This document shows, in pieces, positions 28,340 through 38,692 of a DNA stretch of 64,000 nt. Source of the DNA: a virus. Its lineage: Duplodnaviria > Caudoviricetes. How positions within the stretch are numbered: position 1 is the stretch's first letter; every line of letters starts with the position of its first letter. The notes under the pieces were generated by a model. The model saw only the letters and a list, made by a program, of their open reading frames with translations, was not told the origin of the DNA and searched no databases. The DNA lies in the IMG/VR virus record IMGVR_UViG_2693430034_000001, positions 1 through 64,000 of that record. One strand, given 5' to 3'. The position numbers and the translations under genes were made by a program.

Positions 28340-28891
28340 TCACAGGCTTGCCCATTGGAAAAACAGGCCGTCAACCTGCTCTGCCGTGAGATTTGCATTG
28401 ACGCGAAGTGCCTCCACCATGGGGTCTGAGCGAACGACCTGAGACATGGCGAACCAGGTTATGGTGGCCTGATCCTTCATCTCCTGCATCGGAAGGCTGT
28501 CGATTACGGCCTGCACCGCGGTTGGCACGCCAACCATTTTCGCAGAGTCTATCGCCTCCTGTGCCGTGATGAGCCCTGCACTCGAAAGTCCGATCAGCAT
28601 CTGTCGCCGTGTGAGCGTCGGAACCGGCGGAGGCGGAGGCGGCGGAATATCGTTCAGCACAGGGGCGGCCGAAACTTTTCCGTCGACCCGACTGAATACC
28701 ATTCCCGTCATCACCTTGCCGACCGGGATTTCTGGATCATCGACGATGAATACGCCGATAGCAGCGAGTTCGTCCGACGTCCAAAGTTCGACCGCCTGCC
28801 ACGGCTGCAGTGATCCGTCAGGCGCACGGATAGATGATCCTGGGATCAGCTGTTCGAAAGTCTCAGGAGACACCTCCTGAACAACAGTCAT
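28340..28891 (-). CDS. Tail fibre assembly-like protein
   Basis: LTRRQ....L, W......RSDP, LT.EQ.D.LF..A. Confidence 0.65.
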   Translation of the reverse strand: MTVVQEVSPETFEQLIPGSSIRAPDGSLQPWQAVELWTSDELAAIGVFIVDDPEIPVGKVMTGMVFSRVDGKVSAAPVLNDIPPPPPPPVPTLTRRQMLIGLSSAGLITAQEAIDSAKMVGVPTAVQAVIDSLPMQEMKDQATITWFAMSQVVRSDPMVEALRVNANLTAEQVDGLFFQWASL

Positions 28892-28933
28892 TGTGTTACC
28901 TTTCTAAGGTTTGCTTCTGAACGAGGCTTCGGC

Positions 28934-29521
28934 TCATGCCCACAGTAGCTGCCCCTTCGCGTTTGTTCCGCTGGTGCCAACAGCGTAATCACCAGCACCA
29001 GGACCACCTCCTGAAGCTAGAACGAGGGTATAAGTCGATCCAACGACTGGAGCGCCGACTGCGCCATACGTCCACTGCCGGACGACGAGACCTCCGTTGC
29101 CGCCGTCACCGCCTTTTTTGGGGCCGGCGCCGATATCGGTGGTCGTTCCGACACCTCCTGCCATACCTCCACCGGTAGTGTTGTTGACGTTGCCGCCAGA
29201 GGCGGCGCCGTGAACACCTGGATTACCGTTTACTTGAGGTCCGTTTGGGGCTCCGTTCGATCCGCCTGTTCCGCCGTAAGCATAGATGGTTCCATCAGGA
29301 GCGGTGAAGTATGAGGTTCCTCCGGTACCGGCCTGATATACGTTTGGCGCACCTGAAGTACCGCCGCCACCGCCGCCAGCACCCCAGACATTCATCGTGA
29401 GCACGTTGTATTCTGGGATGGTGACGTTGATCGTCCCGGGAGCATTCCATACGGTGTTGCCTGGTATGATTGTCCTTGTCGATCGCCACAGTTTCGATCG
29501 CTGGAATGGCAGGATAAGCAT
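28934..29521 (-). CDS. Glycine-rich fibre/receptor-binding protein
   Basis: WGAGGGGG and GxxG tracts. Confidence 0.7.
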   Translation of the reverse strand: MLILPFQRSKLWRSTRTIIPGNTVWNAPGTINVTIPEYNVLTMNVWGAGGGGGGTSGAPNVYQAGTGGTSYFTAPDGTIYAYGGTGGSNGAPNGPQVNGNPGVHGAASGGNVNNTTGGGMAGGVGTTTDIGAGPKKGGDGGNGGLVVRQWTYGAVGAPVVGSTYTLVLASGGGPGAGDYAVGTSGTNAKGQLLWA

Positions 29522-30840
29522 TAGGCAATCTTCCATCCGGTTCCGAAGATGATGGTGCTCGGCGACCACGATCCTTCGAAGACCGCAACGACTGCGACCT
29601 GGTTGGCTGTCGTGGTGATGGCTGGCACAGTCGCCCCGGGCCAATAGATCCCGGCACCCCAACCGACCGTTCTACCGCCAGTCGCGTCCTGAATGACGCA
29701 AACTGCGATGTCCTGGCCATTCTTCATATTGGAGATACTGATCGTCACCGCAGCGGTGGCAGTCATGTAGAACCTGGATCCGGTCGAAGCGTCGATCGTG
29801 ACCGCGCCACTCTTGTTGCCAAGGGCAGTCCAGCCGGCCGCGGCCCACGCCTGGTCGGTCGTGACGACGTCACTTCCGGAGTTCGCAACCATGTTCGCCG
29901 CGGTAGCGACACCCTTGACCGCAGAAGCACCGAGACCGAGGTTGGTCCGGCCGTTGCCCTGCTGGGTGGCGTTCAACCCCTGAGCTGCGGTATCCACGCG
30001 GAGCCTGTTGCCAAGCGCCGCACTCACCGTGACAGAGTAGTTAGCGTCGTTTCCGAGTGCGTCGGCCAACTCCTTCAGAGTGTCCAGAGCCGCACCGGCC
30101 CCGTTCACCAAGTCGCTGAACTTCACGTCGATCGTGGTCTTCGTGTAGTAGCTCGACGGATCCCACAGGGCGGCGGCAGCGGCAGAAGCAGCTGCTGCGT
30201 CTCTCGCCTGTATGACAACAAGTCGGTCCGCGCCTGTCTGAATGCGATCAGCAGCTGTCGCCACTGCGTCTGCGGTTGACTTGACCTGCGCAGCGAGCGT
30301 AGCGGCTCGCGCCGCATCGATCTGCCGGAAGTATTCCATCGCAGCGGCGGTATTGGCCGCCAGCGCACATATCTGCCAATCGGTGAATGGTCCAGTGCTT
30401 CCGGTGATCGATTTAACCAGCAGCATAAGCCGACCGGTGGACTTTTCGTAGGAAACGAGCTGCGCGATTGCGTAGTCCGCAAGAGTGGACGTTCGCGTGA
30501 TCGCGAGGAACGGCGTCGGCGTGAACAGCGAACGCTCGACCTCGTTTTCGATAACAAACGTGACGCTCTGGTTCTGGACCAGTGTCACTGATGAAGAGGA
30601 GCCGGCAAACAGGAAGCCCATCTCCGAAAGGAGCTGGATACGCTGGTATGACGGCAGGATGGCATCGTTCAAACGAGACAGTCCGACCGCACGCAGATCG
30701 TTGACCGCCGCCTCCCATGAAGGAGCGAAAGGCTCAAGAGAACGCAGGCGCTGATCCAGCACCTGCATTGCCTTGTTCAAACGTTCTGCCGTGAAGTCTT
30801 CACTCTCGTTGAATACAAGCTCAGGATAGTTGCTTGACAT
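29521..30840 (-). CDS. Tail fibre protein
   Basis: ALDTLKELADALGND; IQDATGGRT..W. Confidence 0.8.
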   Translation of the reverse strand: MSSNYPELVFNESEDFTAERLNKAMQVLDQRLRSLEPFAPSWEAAVNDLRAVGLSRLNDAILPSYQRIQLLSEMGFLFAGSSSSVTLVQNQSVTFVIENEVERSLFTPTPFLAITRTSTLADYAIAQLVSYEKSTGRLMLLVKSITGSTGPFTDWQICALAANTAAAMEYFRQIDAARAATLAAQVKSTADAVATAADRIQTGADRLVVIQARDAAAASAAAAALWDPSSYYTKTTIDVKFSDLVNGAGAALDTLKELADALGNDANYSVTVSAALGNRLRVDTAAQGLNATQQGNGRTNLGLGASAVKGVATAANMVANSGSDVVTTDQAWAAAGWTALGNKSGAVTIDASTGSRFYMTATAAVTISISNMKNGQDIAVCVIQDATGGRTVGWGAGIYWPGATVPAITTTANQVAVVAVFEGSWSPSTIIFGTGWKIA

Positions 30841-31012
30841 CGGCGACTACCCCCGCGGCATCGAGTGCCTGGAGTGTATCGTGGTCGACAACGTGTTCGT
30901 GGCTCGGCAAATACCAGAACCCGAGATGCTCGTGCCGCCCCGAAAGCTTGACTTCGTAGCGCACGTCAGCGTCCACCGCCTGATCGGCGGTGGATTTGCT
31001 GTTCTTGGCCAT
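30821..31012 (-). CDS. Hypothetical tail protein
   Basis: AAGGA RBS; in tail operon. Confidence 0.6.
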   Translation of the reverse strand: MAKNSKSTADQAVDADVRYEVKLSGRHEHLGFWYLPSHEHVVDHDTLQALDAAGVVADVKQLS

Positions 31013-31040
31013 GTAGATGGTTTCCTTCTTGGTTGCGCTC

Positions 31041-33293
31041 TTACAGCGCGTAGTCCTTCTGCCAACCCACATGGAACGTGCGCTGGTTGGTCGACGTGTC
31101 GAGCCGCGTCTTGACCCGGTACTGCGTGACAGCGGCGCCGAGGTTGAACACGTAGGTCCGCTCGTAGGCGCCATCCATCGGATCGATCACGGTCGAGGTG
31201 CTGGACGGAGCAACTTCAGTTCCGAAACCGCTGCCCGTCAGAAGCTTGACGGAAGCAGTGTGGTAGATCGGATCGAAATACTCGTACCGCTCGATGACGC
31301 GGATCTGGGTCGAAGGTGCCGGAAGCGTTCGCGTCTGGGTGACGTGTTGCGCGTAGGTGTCCGGCCGTGACACGTAGACCGTGCTGTCTGCCAGGTTGAT
31401 TGCCGGCTGACAGTCGACGGAACCCATGAACACCGCACGGAACGGCAACAGCGGCGGGATCGTGCCGCCCTGGCCGAGCATGTACTTGTCCACGTCCTGC
31501 AAGTTGTACCAGGTCGAACCAACCTGGATCTCATAGGAGAGCGTCGTGCCGTCCGGGATAGCCGTACCAGCGAGCAAGTCGATCGACAGGATGCCGCCCG
31601 AAAGCTGCAGCGGGTTCAGGTTCACGACCGCACGGGCCTGATTGAACTTGCAGCGATACAAGCGCATCCAGAGATCCTTGAACGCATCGCCTTGCGCATA
31701 AGCGCCGTCGAGGACGTAGAAGAACGTGCCCTGGGTGAACTGCTGACCGGGAACGAATGCGACCCAGTGATCTGCAGCCGTCGTTACGACCAGAGCGTAG
31801 CGCTTACCAGCCTGCAACAGGATGGGCTGCAGCGGAACCACCGTCTCGGCATTCAGCTTCATGTTCTCGCGAAGCAGCGTGGTCTGACCGAGCGCCGACT
31901 TGATGTTCGGCAGGCCGTAGTCCGACACTTCAACGATGGCGACGTGAGCCGAGCCGGCGGCTGCGAGGCGAGTGAACCAGATGCCAACGGCATCCAGCCA
32001 CATATTCTGGCCCTGGAGCCAGGTTTCAGCGACCTGCGCGCCGGTCACCGTATTGGTGATGATGACCTTATCCCAATAGGTATCGGTGTAGTCATCGACC
32101 CAATACTGGCGAAGCCGGATGAAGTCGTGTCCCCACGCATTGCCAGAAAGGATCTCGTAGGTTTCGCCAGCGCGGAAGAAGCGGCTGCCGCCATCCCACT
32201 GGCCGGTCTGCCACCACCAGCTGTTCGTACAGACGGTCAATTCACCGCCGTAACGGATGCGTTGACGAGCGATCGTCTTCTGAACCATGTCGAAGGACGA
32301 CACGGAATAGGCTGATACCTGAATTTCACCACTGATGGTGCCGGACTGCAGCCAAGCCTCACGGGTGTAGGCCGGGAACAGCATGCCGGCCTTGATGGTC
32401 GCGTTCGGATCGAGCGGGTTGAAGATGTTGAGTGCAGAGAGACCCTCGGCCGCGTGCGGCATTCGGATACCCTCTTCAACCTTCACATGCGACAACGGGT
32501 CGTCGAGCTTCGACTTGGTCTGGTCGAGGAAGAAGTTGGCGCTGGAGTCGATGGCGTTGTACATGACGCCGGCTTTGGACTCGAGAACCGCAAGGCGCGT
32601 CAGGGTGCGGCCGAGCTGCACTCCGTCCGCCTGCTGCTGCACCTGGTTCTGCTTGATACCAGCGATGTCGGAGGCCAAGGTCCGGATCTGCAGGCCTGCA
32701 GTCTCCTCGAACTCTTCGAGGTCGACGATGCGGTCATCGTGGCCCTGCACGCTCGGGAGCTTATTGACCGTGTTCATCGTGACCGTATCGACGCCGGTCG
32801 GCGTCAGGACGATATGCGCAATGACCGTGTATCCGGTGTCGACCAGCGGCGGCGTCGGGTCTGGAGCCTCGGTGCCGATCACCACGTTCAGGTTCGCGAC
32901 ACGGGCATGAACCAGAGGAACAGCCTGCGGCTCAGCCTGCCGCGTCTCAGCGTTGACGAGGAACTGGCGGGGACGGATGTCGGTATCCGACTCCGAACCC
33001 CAGGTCACGACCGCGGCAATCTTCTTGCCGGCGACGGGCAGCTGGGTGATGAAATCCTTGGACCACGAGGTCGAGGCCGATCCGAATACCTTGCCAGCCG
33101 AATAGAGGCGACCAGGATCAACCGTGATCTGCGTGACTGCCGACTTTACGACGCCGAAGCCGGTGTATTTCGTGCGGTCGCTGATGCCGTCCTGGACGAC
33201 ATGGTCGAGCGAGTTTTCGGCGAAGTCCTGCAGACGGGTGAAGTCTGTCGGATCATCATCGATATTCGCATGAAAGATGATCTTATTTTCCAC
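31041..33293 (-). CDS. Large baseplate/tail fibre base protein
   Basis: 750 aa directly after gpI. Confidence 0.7.
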   Translation of the reverse strand: MENKIIFHANIDDDPTDFTRLQDFAENSLDHVVQDGISDRTKYTGFGVVKSAVTQITVDPGRLYSAGKVFGSASTSWSKDFITQLPVAGKKIAAVVTWGSESDTDIRPRQFLVNAETRQAEPQAVPLVHARVANLNVVIGTEAPDPTPPLVDTGYTVIAHIVLTPTGVDTVTMNTVNKLPSVQGHDDRIVDLEEFEETAGLQIRTLASDIAGIKQNQVQQQADGVQLGRTLTRLAVLESKAGVMYNAIDSSANFFLDQTKSKLDDPLSHVKVEEGIRMPHAAEGLSALNIFNPLDPNATIKAGMLFPAYTREAWLQSGTISGEIQVSAYSVSSFDMVQKTIARQRIRYGGELTVCTNSWWWQTGQWDGGSRFFRAGETYEILSGNAWGHDFIRLRQYWVDDYTDTYWDKVIITNTVTGAQVAETWLQGQNMWLDAVGIWFTRLAAAGSAHVAIVEVSDYGLPNIKSALGQTTLLRENMKLNAETVVPLQPILLQAGKRYALVVTTAADHWVAFVPGQQFTQGTFFYVLDGAYAQGDAFKDLWMRLYRCKFNQARAVVNLNPLQLSGGILSIDLLAGTAIPDGTTLSYEIQVGSTWYNLQDVDKYMLGQGGTIPPLLPFRAVFMGSVDCQPAINLADSTVYVSRPDTYAQHVTQTRTLPAPSTQIRVIERYEYFDPIYHTASVKLLTGSGFGTEVAPSSTSTVIDPMDGAYERTYVFNLGAAVTQYRVKTRLDTSTNQRTFHVGWQKDYAL

Positions 33294-33312
33294 TGTTTTC
33301 TCCGTGATCGCC

Positions 33313-34542
33313 TTAGGCGACCTTCTTGATTTCGCCGAGTTTGAAGGTTCCGAGCTTCCGCGCTTCCCCTAATCTCACGACCCGGTAATTGACGGTGTCG
33401 ACGAGAACGGTGTCGCGAAGTGGCTTCGCTGCAACAATCGCCCCGCAGGCGTCGTTGAGCTTTTCCATGTCGGTCGGAATTCTGAAGCCATTTCGAAAGC
33501 GCCCGCCGAAGCCCAGAGCTGGAGACCGTATCAACGGCACTTCCACCTTGGCTTGAGCCGTGTAAGCGGGGATCCCGTACCGCATGTGACCGCGGTAGGA
33601 TTTTGTAGACAGACCTGCAGGCAGATCTTTCTTGTCGTGAAGCGCGAGCCGGTCGTAGACCCATCGCGCCGCATCCGTCTCGCGGCGGAAGTTTCCTCCA
33701 CGAAACGACTTGTTGTAGTCATGGAAGTGCTGGCCGGCCTGCGGTACATGCCGCTCTGCAATCTGAACCGGCTTGACGTCCTGTGGCGTCAGCCCAGGTG
33801 TAAGCGAAACGAGATCGGAACCGTTAGCATTGATGCGGACGGTAATGATGTTGTCGGTCGCGTCCGTCAGCTTGTAGAACTTGTGGCCGCGGAAACCATC
33901 GGTGTGATAATCACGCTCCGAATTGTTGCCGATAAAGACGCGCTCGACAGCCTGACCACCAAGCTCAGTCATGGACTCCAGCTTGACGTAGGCCTCAACC
34001 CCATTCTTGTAGATGGAGGCCTTTCGTCCGTAGAGATTTGGCCCAAGACTCTTTTCTCGGAAGTTATCGTTCCGGAAGCAAACGACCGGCACCCGAAAGT
34101 CCCTCGGTCCAGCCGGGTCACGGATGACGTAAGGATAGACCCTGATCTGAGGCAGATGCAGCAGCCATGACATGAACGATTCATTGGTCATCGCCGGGAT
34201 GCGATACCCGCGCGCCGGGGGCACGATCAGGTCACGCAGGTTCGATCCAACCAGATCGAGGTAGGCGGCCATACCGGCCTTCGTTCCCTTGATCCGGTGG
34301 TGAGCAACTGCGTTGGCGACTACCTGTCGCTTCTTTGCTTCCGTCCAGTGTGGATCCCAGATGTCCACTGAAAAAGACCAAGCCAGGTACGGCAGGTCGT
34401 CGATGTGACAGCGATAGGGATCCCAGAGGCGACGGAGGCGGTCAATATCCAGGTCGAGGAGCCGATCAACCTGAGACGCCAGCGTCCGTTCGTAGACGGT
34501 CGCGTTCGGCGCCAGGATGTGCTCCATCAGCCGGTCAGCCAT
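33313..34542 (-). CDS. Tail protein I (P2 gpI-like)
   Basis: LWDP..C....LPYLAWSFSVD.W...HRIKGT. Confidence 0.92.
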   Translation of the reverse strand: MADRLMEHILAPNATVYERTLASQVDRLLDLDIDRLRRLWDPYRCHIDDLPYLAWSFSVDIWDPHWTEAKKRQVVANAVAHHRIKGTKAGMAAYLDLVGSNLRDLIVPPARGYRIPAMTNESFMSWLLHLPQIRVYPYVIRDPAGPRDFRVPVVCFRNDNFREKSLGPNLYGRKASIYKNGVEAYVKLESMTELGGQAVERVFIGNNSERDYHTDGFRGHKFYKLTDATDNIITVRINANGSDLVSLTPGLTPQDVKPVQIAERHVPQAGQHFHDYNKSFRGGNFRRETDAARWVYDRLALHDKKDLPAGLSTKSYRGHMRYGIPAYTAQAKVEVPLIRSPALGFGGRFRNGFRIPTDMEKLNDACGAIVAAKPLRDTVLVDTVNYRVVRLGEARKLGTFKLGEIKKVA

Positions 34543-34545
34543 GGA

Positions 34546-35415
34546 TTATTCCTCCCGAGTGTTGGACACGTTCACGCTGGCTGAGTTGATCCAGACGACA
34601 CCGTTGGTTCCGACGTTGATATCCGAGAAGTCGATATCGACGTTCTGGACGCCCTCTTGGGTGAGGGCTGCAATCACGGCAGACCGCTTCAGATCCATAC
34701 CGATCTGGGTGACACGGTTGCGAAGCGAGGTGAGCGCCTTATTGATGTCGGAGATCACCAGGGATGCATCTGGGCCAGGGTAAAGCGTGATGTTTGCCTG
34801 GATGTCTGTCGGGATCTTGATCACCGGCAGCACTGAAATATCGTCGGTCAGTGGCTTGATGCCGTCCGACATGAGTCGATCATAGATGGCGTCGATCAAT
34901 GCGGCGCTTGGAACCGGGTTGGCTCCGTTCGCCATGATCGTGACAATCACCCTACCCGTCCCGCGCTCTGTGACCGCCGTGGCGTCCCTGACGTCGGTGG
35001 AGGTGCTCAGCGAGTGGAAGATGTAGGAGCCGGGACTGCCGGCCGTCGTATAGCTCTCCATCGAGAGCTGAATGCGCCTACGGAGTCGAGGATCTAGTTC
35101 GCCGGCCATGCGCGAAACGTTGAACCTGGCGCCGATCACTTCGAGATCGGAGCCGGTTGCAAACGGAAGCATGCAAGCCTTGGCCGCGGAATTGATGCGC
35201 TCGCGGACGATCATTTCTCCGTAGGCTTCCGCCTCCAGGATAACGTTCGTCGGTGACTGCTCCAGGTTAAGAGCCGCCGCGAGCCTCGGGTTCTTTGCGA
35301 GAACCTGCTGTTTGTAGACGGTCAGCAGGTCTTCGTATTTGATCTCCTCGATCACCTTCGGAGGCGGTAGCCTCGCGAAGTCGATGTATAGCGCGGGAGA
35401 CTCGAAACTTGGCAT
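34546..35415 (-). CDS. Baseplate J protein
   Basis: FATGSDL, TTAGS.GSY.FH, KPLTD. Confidence 0.93.
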   Translation of the reverse strand: MPSFESPALYIDFARLPPPKVIEEIKYEDLLTVYKQQVLAKNPRLAAALNLEQSPTNVILEAEAYGEMIVRERINSAAKACMLPFATGSDLEVIGARFNVSRMAGELDPRLRRRIQLSMESYTTAGSPGSYIFHSLSTSTDVRDATAVTERGTGRVIVTIMANGANPVPSAALIDAIYDRLMSDGIKPLTDDISVLPVIKIPTDIQANITLYPGPDASLVISDINKALTSLRNRVTQIGMDLKRSAVIAALTQEGVQNVDIDFSDINVGTNGVVWINSASVNVSNTREE

Positions 35416-35438
35416 TTGAGGCCCTCGCCTGTTTGAAA

Positions 35439-35798
35439 TCAGATGGTGTTGCGAACCCTCTTGAGCGTGGCGTCGACCAGGTCGACTCCCTCAATGGTGA
35501 TCGTGATATCCCCGTCCGGACCGAAATCATCGATCGTGACGCGGGTTACCTTGAACTCAGGCTCGTATGTGTTGATCGCGGCGATGGCAGCCATCATTCC
35601 GGCCATCAGGACTTCCTGGTTTCCAGGCTTGTCCTGCATGTCGAGGAACTTCGATCCCCACCACAGGCGCATCAGCCGAGTGCGCAGTCTGGTGGTGAGG
35701 ATGACGAAGATGCTTTGCTTGATCCTGTCCCATCCCTGGACCAGGGCACCGGTTTCGCGATCGATGTCGGTAAGGTGCTCAGTTGACGCTGTCGACAT
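35439..35798 (-). CDS. Baseplate wedge gpW/gp25
   Basis: IKQSI..ILTT...TR.MR..WGS, YEP. Confidence 0.9.
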   Translation of the reverse strand: MSTASTEHLTDIDRETGALVQGWDRIKQSIFVILTTRLRTRLMRLWWGSKFLDMQDKPGNQEVLMAGMMAAIAAINTYEPEFKVTRVTIDDFGPDGDITITIEGVDLVDATLKRVRNTI

Positions 35799-36048
35799 TT
35801 TCGGCACTCGCCTGGCGCTTGGAGCGCTTGGACTGTGCGGTCGTTTCCGTCACGGCCACGCCGGCAATGGGCGTAACTTCGACTTCATCGACTGGCGCGG
35901 GAGCAGCCTCGGGATCCGCCACCGGCTTGTCCTCGGAGAGGATGTGGCCGAGGTACTTCGCCTCGGCCTTGGTCATGGAGGCTTTCGAACCGGCAGCGAT
36001 CAGATGACCGCCGCGCCAGAAGTCCTTGGCCACGTTGTACTTGGGCAT
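35779..36048 (-). CDS. Small virion protein (DUF7210-like)
   Basis: MPKYNV...G......MT..EAKYL; AAGGA RBS. Confidence 0.55.
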   Translation of the reverse strand: MPKYNVAKDFWRGGHLIAAGSKASMTKAEAKYLGHILSEDKPVADPEAAPAPVDEVEVTPIAGVAVTETTAQSKRSKRQASAENVDSVN

Positions 36049-36064
36049 GGGTTTCCTTGATGTG

Positions 36065-37642
36065 TTAGACGCCGCCACCGCTGCCGGTGTCGCCGGGAGG
36101 AGCATCTCCGCCACCGCCACCGCCGCCACCACCGCCGCTCTTTGGCAGGATGGGAATTCCGGTCATGCCGGGGCCTGGCATTACGCCATTGTGAATATGG
36201 GTCGCGTCGATGAGCAGGCCGTTATGTGCCACTTGACCACCCGACTGCGTCCAACCAGATGCATCAAGCGTCCAGGTCGTTCCGCCTACGCTGATCTCCA
36301 GAGAGCCATTGCTCATCTTCCATGACGTGCTACCGCCCTGGCTGATTGTGATGTCTTCCTTGGTGAACTTCATCGAGGAGGCACTGTCGCCGCCCTGGCT
36401 CACGGTGATGTCGTCCTTGGTCATCTTGACCTTGGAGGCATCTTCACCGCCTTGCGTCGTCGTGATGTCGTCTTCGGTGTAGACCGTCTTGGACTTGTCG
36501 TCCTCGCCCATCTGGTGCGTGAGGTCGTTCTCAGTCCACTTGATCATGGACTTTTTGTCTTTGAACTGGGCCTGGATCTTATCCTCGTTCATGAGGATGT
36601 CGGCCTTCTCGTCCTGCTCGCCGTAGCGAATGTGGACCTTGTCTTTGTCCTGCTTGTAGTAGGACTTCTTCTCTCCGACCGTCTTGAGGATGAACTCCTT
36701 GGTCGACTTGACCTGGGTCACACCCTCATCGCCATCCTCAGATGGCTCTGGAAGTTTAGGCGCCTGAGCCTTTTGGCCGGCGCTTGATGGATCACCCGCA
36801 CCGCCGCCTGCGCCGCCACCGATCATGCCGCCGACCGAGCTTAGATGCCCGCCGGATGTGACCTGCTGCGCGATGTTTGCGATGTTGCCGAACTGCGCCA
36901 GATTTGACAGGCCGGCCTGATTGAGAAGCGTGCCAACATTGGCAAGCTGCGAAAGGTCGCCGATGTTGCCGATCTGACTGGTGATCTGCTGCAGGTTGGC
37001 CATGCTCGAAATGTCGAGGCCGGCAAGGTTGCCGAGATTTCCCAGGTTGCCGAGATTTCCCAGGCCGCCGAGCATTCCTGAGAAGTCCATGCCGGACATG
37101 CCGGCGATCTGACTGATGCCGGCCAGGTCTCCGAGGCCACCGATGTCACCGAGGCCGCCGATCCCGGCGCCGTCCTTCTTCTTGGACTTGATGATCAGGT
37201 GATGCGTGTCTTTGGTCTGGTGAACCCAGTGCTGCTGATCCTCTTTCTCGTGGATCAGGCCGACCGTTTCGTCCTGTTTGCCGTGCGGCGACGGAGCCTG
37301 CGGACCGTAATGGTGCGGCTCGACCGTCGACAGCTCCGCGTTTCCGCCCGATGAGCGAAGCAGCGCCTGCTGGCCGACTTTCGGCGGCACGGAGAACTTG
37401 ATGGACCCGTGCGAATGGCTTTGCCAGGGCTGCCAGTCACTCTTGAAAGTGCCGCCGCCGGCCGCCGCGTCTCCTCCGCCACCACCTGACCCGCTCGGGG
37501 TCTGGTCTTCGCCGTCGTTCATCTTGACGTACCAGCGGTCTTTCTCGTACTTGACCTGCGTGATCTTGCCGAGACGCTCCTTGTTCTCGAACTTGCGCTC
37601 CATGTCTTGCATGCGGCGTTCGATTGCCAGGAGAGCCTTCAT
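36065..37642 (-). CDS. Baseplate spike gpV with long low-complexity insertion
   Basis: SDWQPW, PPKVGQQ, beta-repeat region, terminal HIH.GV.PG...TG. Confidence 0.85.
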   Translation of the reverse strand: MKALLAIERRMQDMERKFENKERLGKITQVKYEKDRWYVKMNDGEDQTPSGSGGGGGDAAAGGGTFKSDWQPWQSHSHGSIKFSVPPKVGQQALLRSSGGNAELSTVEPHHYGPQAPSPHGKQDETVGLIHEKEDQQHWVHQTKDTHHLIIKSKKKDGAGIGGLGDIGGLGDLAGISQIAGMSGMDFSGMLGGLGNLGNLGNLGNLAGLDISSMANLQQITSQIGNIGDLSQLANVGTLLNQAGLSNLAQFGNIANIAQQVTSGGHLSSVGGMIGGGAGGGAGDPSSAGQKAQAPKLPEPSEDGDEGVTQVKSTKEFILKTVGEKKSYYKQDKDKVHIRYGEQDEKADILMNEDKIQAQFKDKKSMIKWTENDLTHQMGEDDKSKTVYTEDDITTTQGGEDASKVKMTKDDITVSQGGDSASSMKFTKEDITISQGGSTSWKMSNGSLEISVGGTTWTLDASGWTQSGGQVAHNGLLIDATHIHNGVMPGPGMTGIPILPKSGGGGGGGGGGDAPPGDTGSGGGV

Positions 37643-37643
37643 G

Positions 37644-38225
37644 TCATTCCTCGTTCAGATCCAGTTCCACTTCTTCGTGGCGTGAGACGTGCCCGAAGTG
37701 GGCGTCGCCGCGGATGTACGAAGTCCGTGGCACGTCGGTGATCATGCTGCCGTCCGGACGGTAGAAAAATTCACGCTCTCGAACGCGATTGCGTCCGATC
37801 GTGAGGTCGCTTTCCCATTCAACGACGCCGACTGCAACGCCTTCGCGCCGAAGGACAGGTTGACTGATGCGTCTGAATTTGACCTTGGTGGCCGGCGCCG
37901 CGTTCGGGTCGCCGAAGGTGTTCAGGTTCGCCATGATGGCGGTATTCTCAACGTACTCCCAGGCCCTGGCGTCGCCATCAAGCGCCGCTCGCCGGTTGTC
38001 GTCGATGATGACCACTACGACGCGGAGACAGGCGTTGATTTCGCCGGTCACTTCGTGCTCGCCGGGCGCGTTCATGACGGCCACGCGAGCGCACGGCGTC
38101 TTCAACGTCCATTCAGCAATGTCCGTCTCGTCGAACAGGCCGTCGTACCATTCGACGTCCATCTCGGGAAACAGCGTCTTCACCGCCTGGACGATCCGAT
38201 CACGGAAGTCGACGATTTTGCTCAT
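37644..38225 (-). CDS. Tail terminator/neck-like protein
   Basis: Position between gpS-like and gpV. Confidence 0.6.
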   Translation of the reverse strand: MSKIVDFRDRIVQAVKTLFPEMDVEWYDGLFDETDIAEWTLKTPCARVAVMNAPGEHEVTGEINACLRVVVVIIDDNRRAALDGDARAWEYVENTAIMANLNTFGDPNAAPATKVKFRRISQPVLRREGVAVGVVEWESDLTIGRNRVREREFFYRPDGSMITDVPRTSYIRGDAHFGHVSRHEEVELDLNEE

Positions 38226-38692
38226 CAGTCGCCTCCATGCGCCAGATAATCGCGGATCATTTGGCTGATCCGGCGTTTGTTTTCGTCCGAGAAACCCATG
38301 AACGGGCGCGGCGGGACTTTCTTGTTCCGGATCATGCCGCGCGTGCGCTCGATGCCCTCCTGCATGTAGGAGGCGTGCTTGGCGTTGGCGATGACCATGA
38401 AGCCGTCGTTGCTGACGTCTCCGACCTGGATGCTGTTGGCCAGGTCGCCGTGCTCGAACAGGATTCGGTCATGTCCCTTGAGGTTGACCGTCACATCCCG
38501 CAGAGCTTCCCAGCGTTCACCATCGGGCGAGGTTTTGGAGCGCAGGACACGATTGACCGTGGAGCGCTTCATATATTCCGCGGCCTCAGCCATGACCGGC
38601 TCCATGTGGAGCACGTCATGCAGAAGCTCGGTGATGCGCTTGTTCAGCCGACCGATGTCATTGTGGTCGATCTTGATTGCGATGCCGGACAT
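38225..38692 (-). CDS. Virion morphogenesis protein (P2 gpS/Mu gpG-like)
   Basis: SPDG..W, L...G.L.NSI, P.RPFMG.S. Confidence 0.88.
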   Translation of the reverse strand: MSGIAIKIDHNDIGRLNKRITELLHDVLHMEPVMAEAAEYMKRSTVNRVLRSKTSPDGERWEALRDVTVNLKGHDRILFEHGDLANSIQVGDVSNDGFMVIANAKHASYMQEGIERTRGMIRNKKVPPRPFMGFSDENKRRISQMIRDYLAHGGD

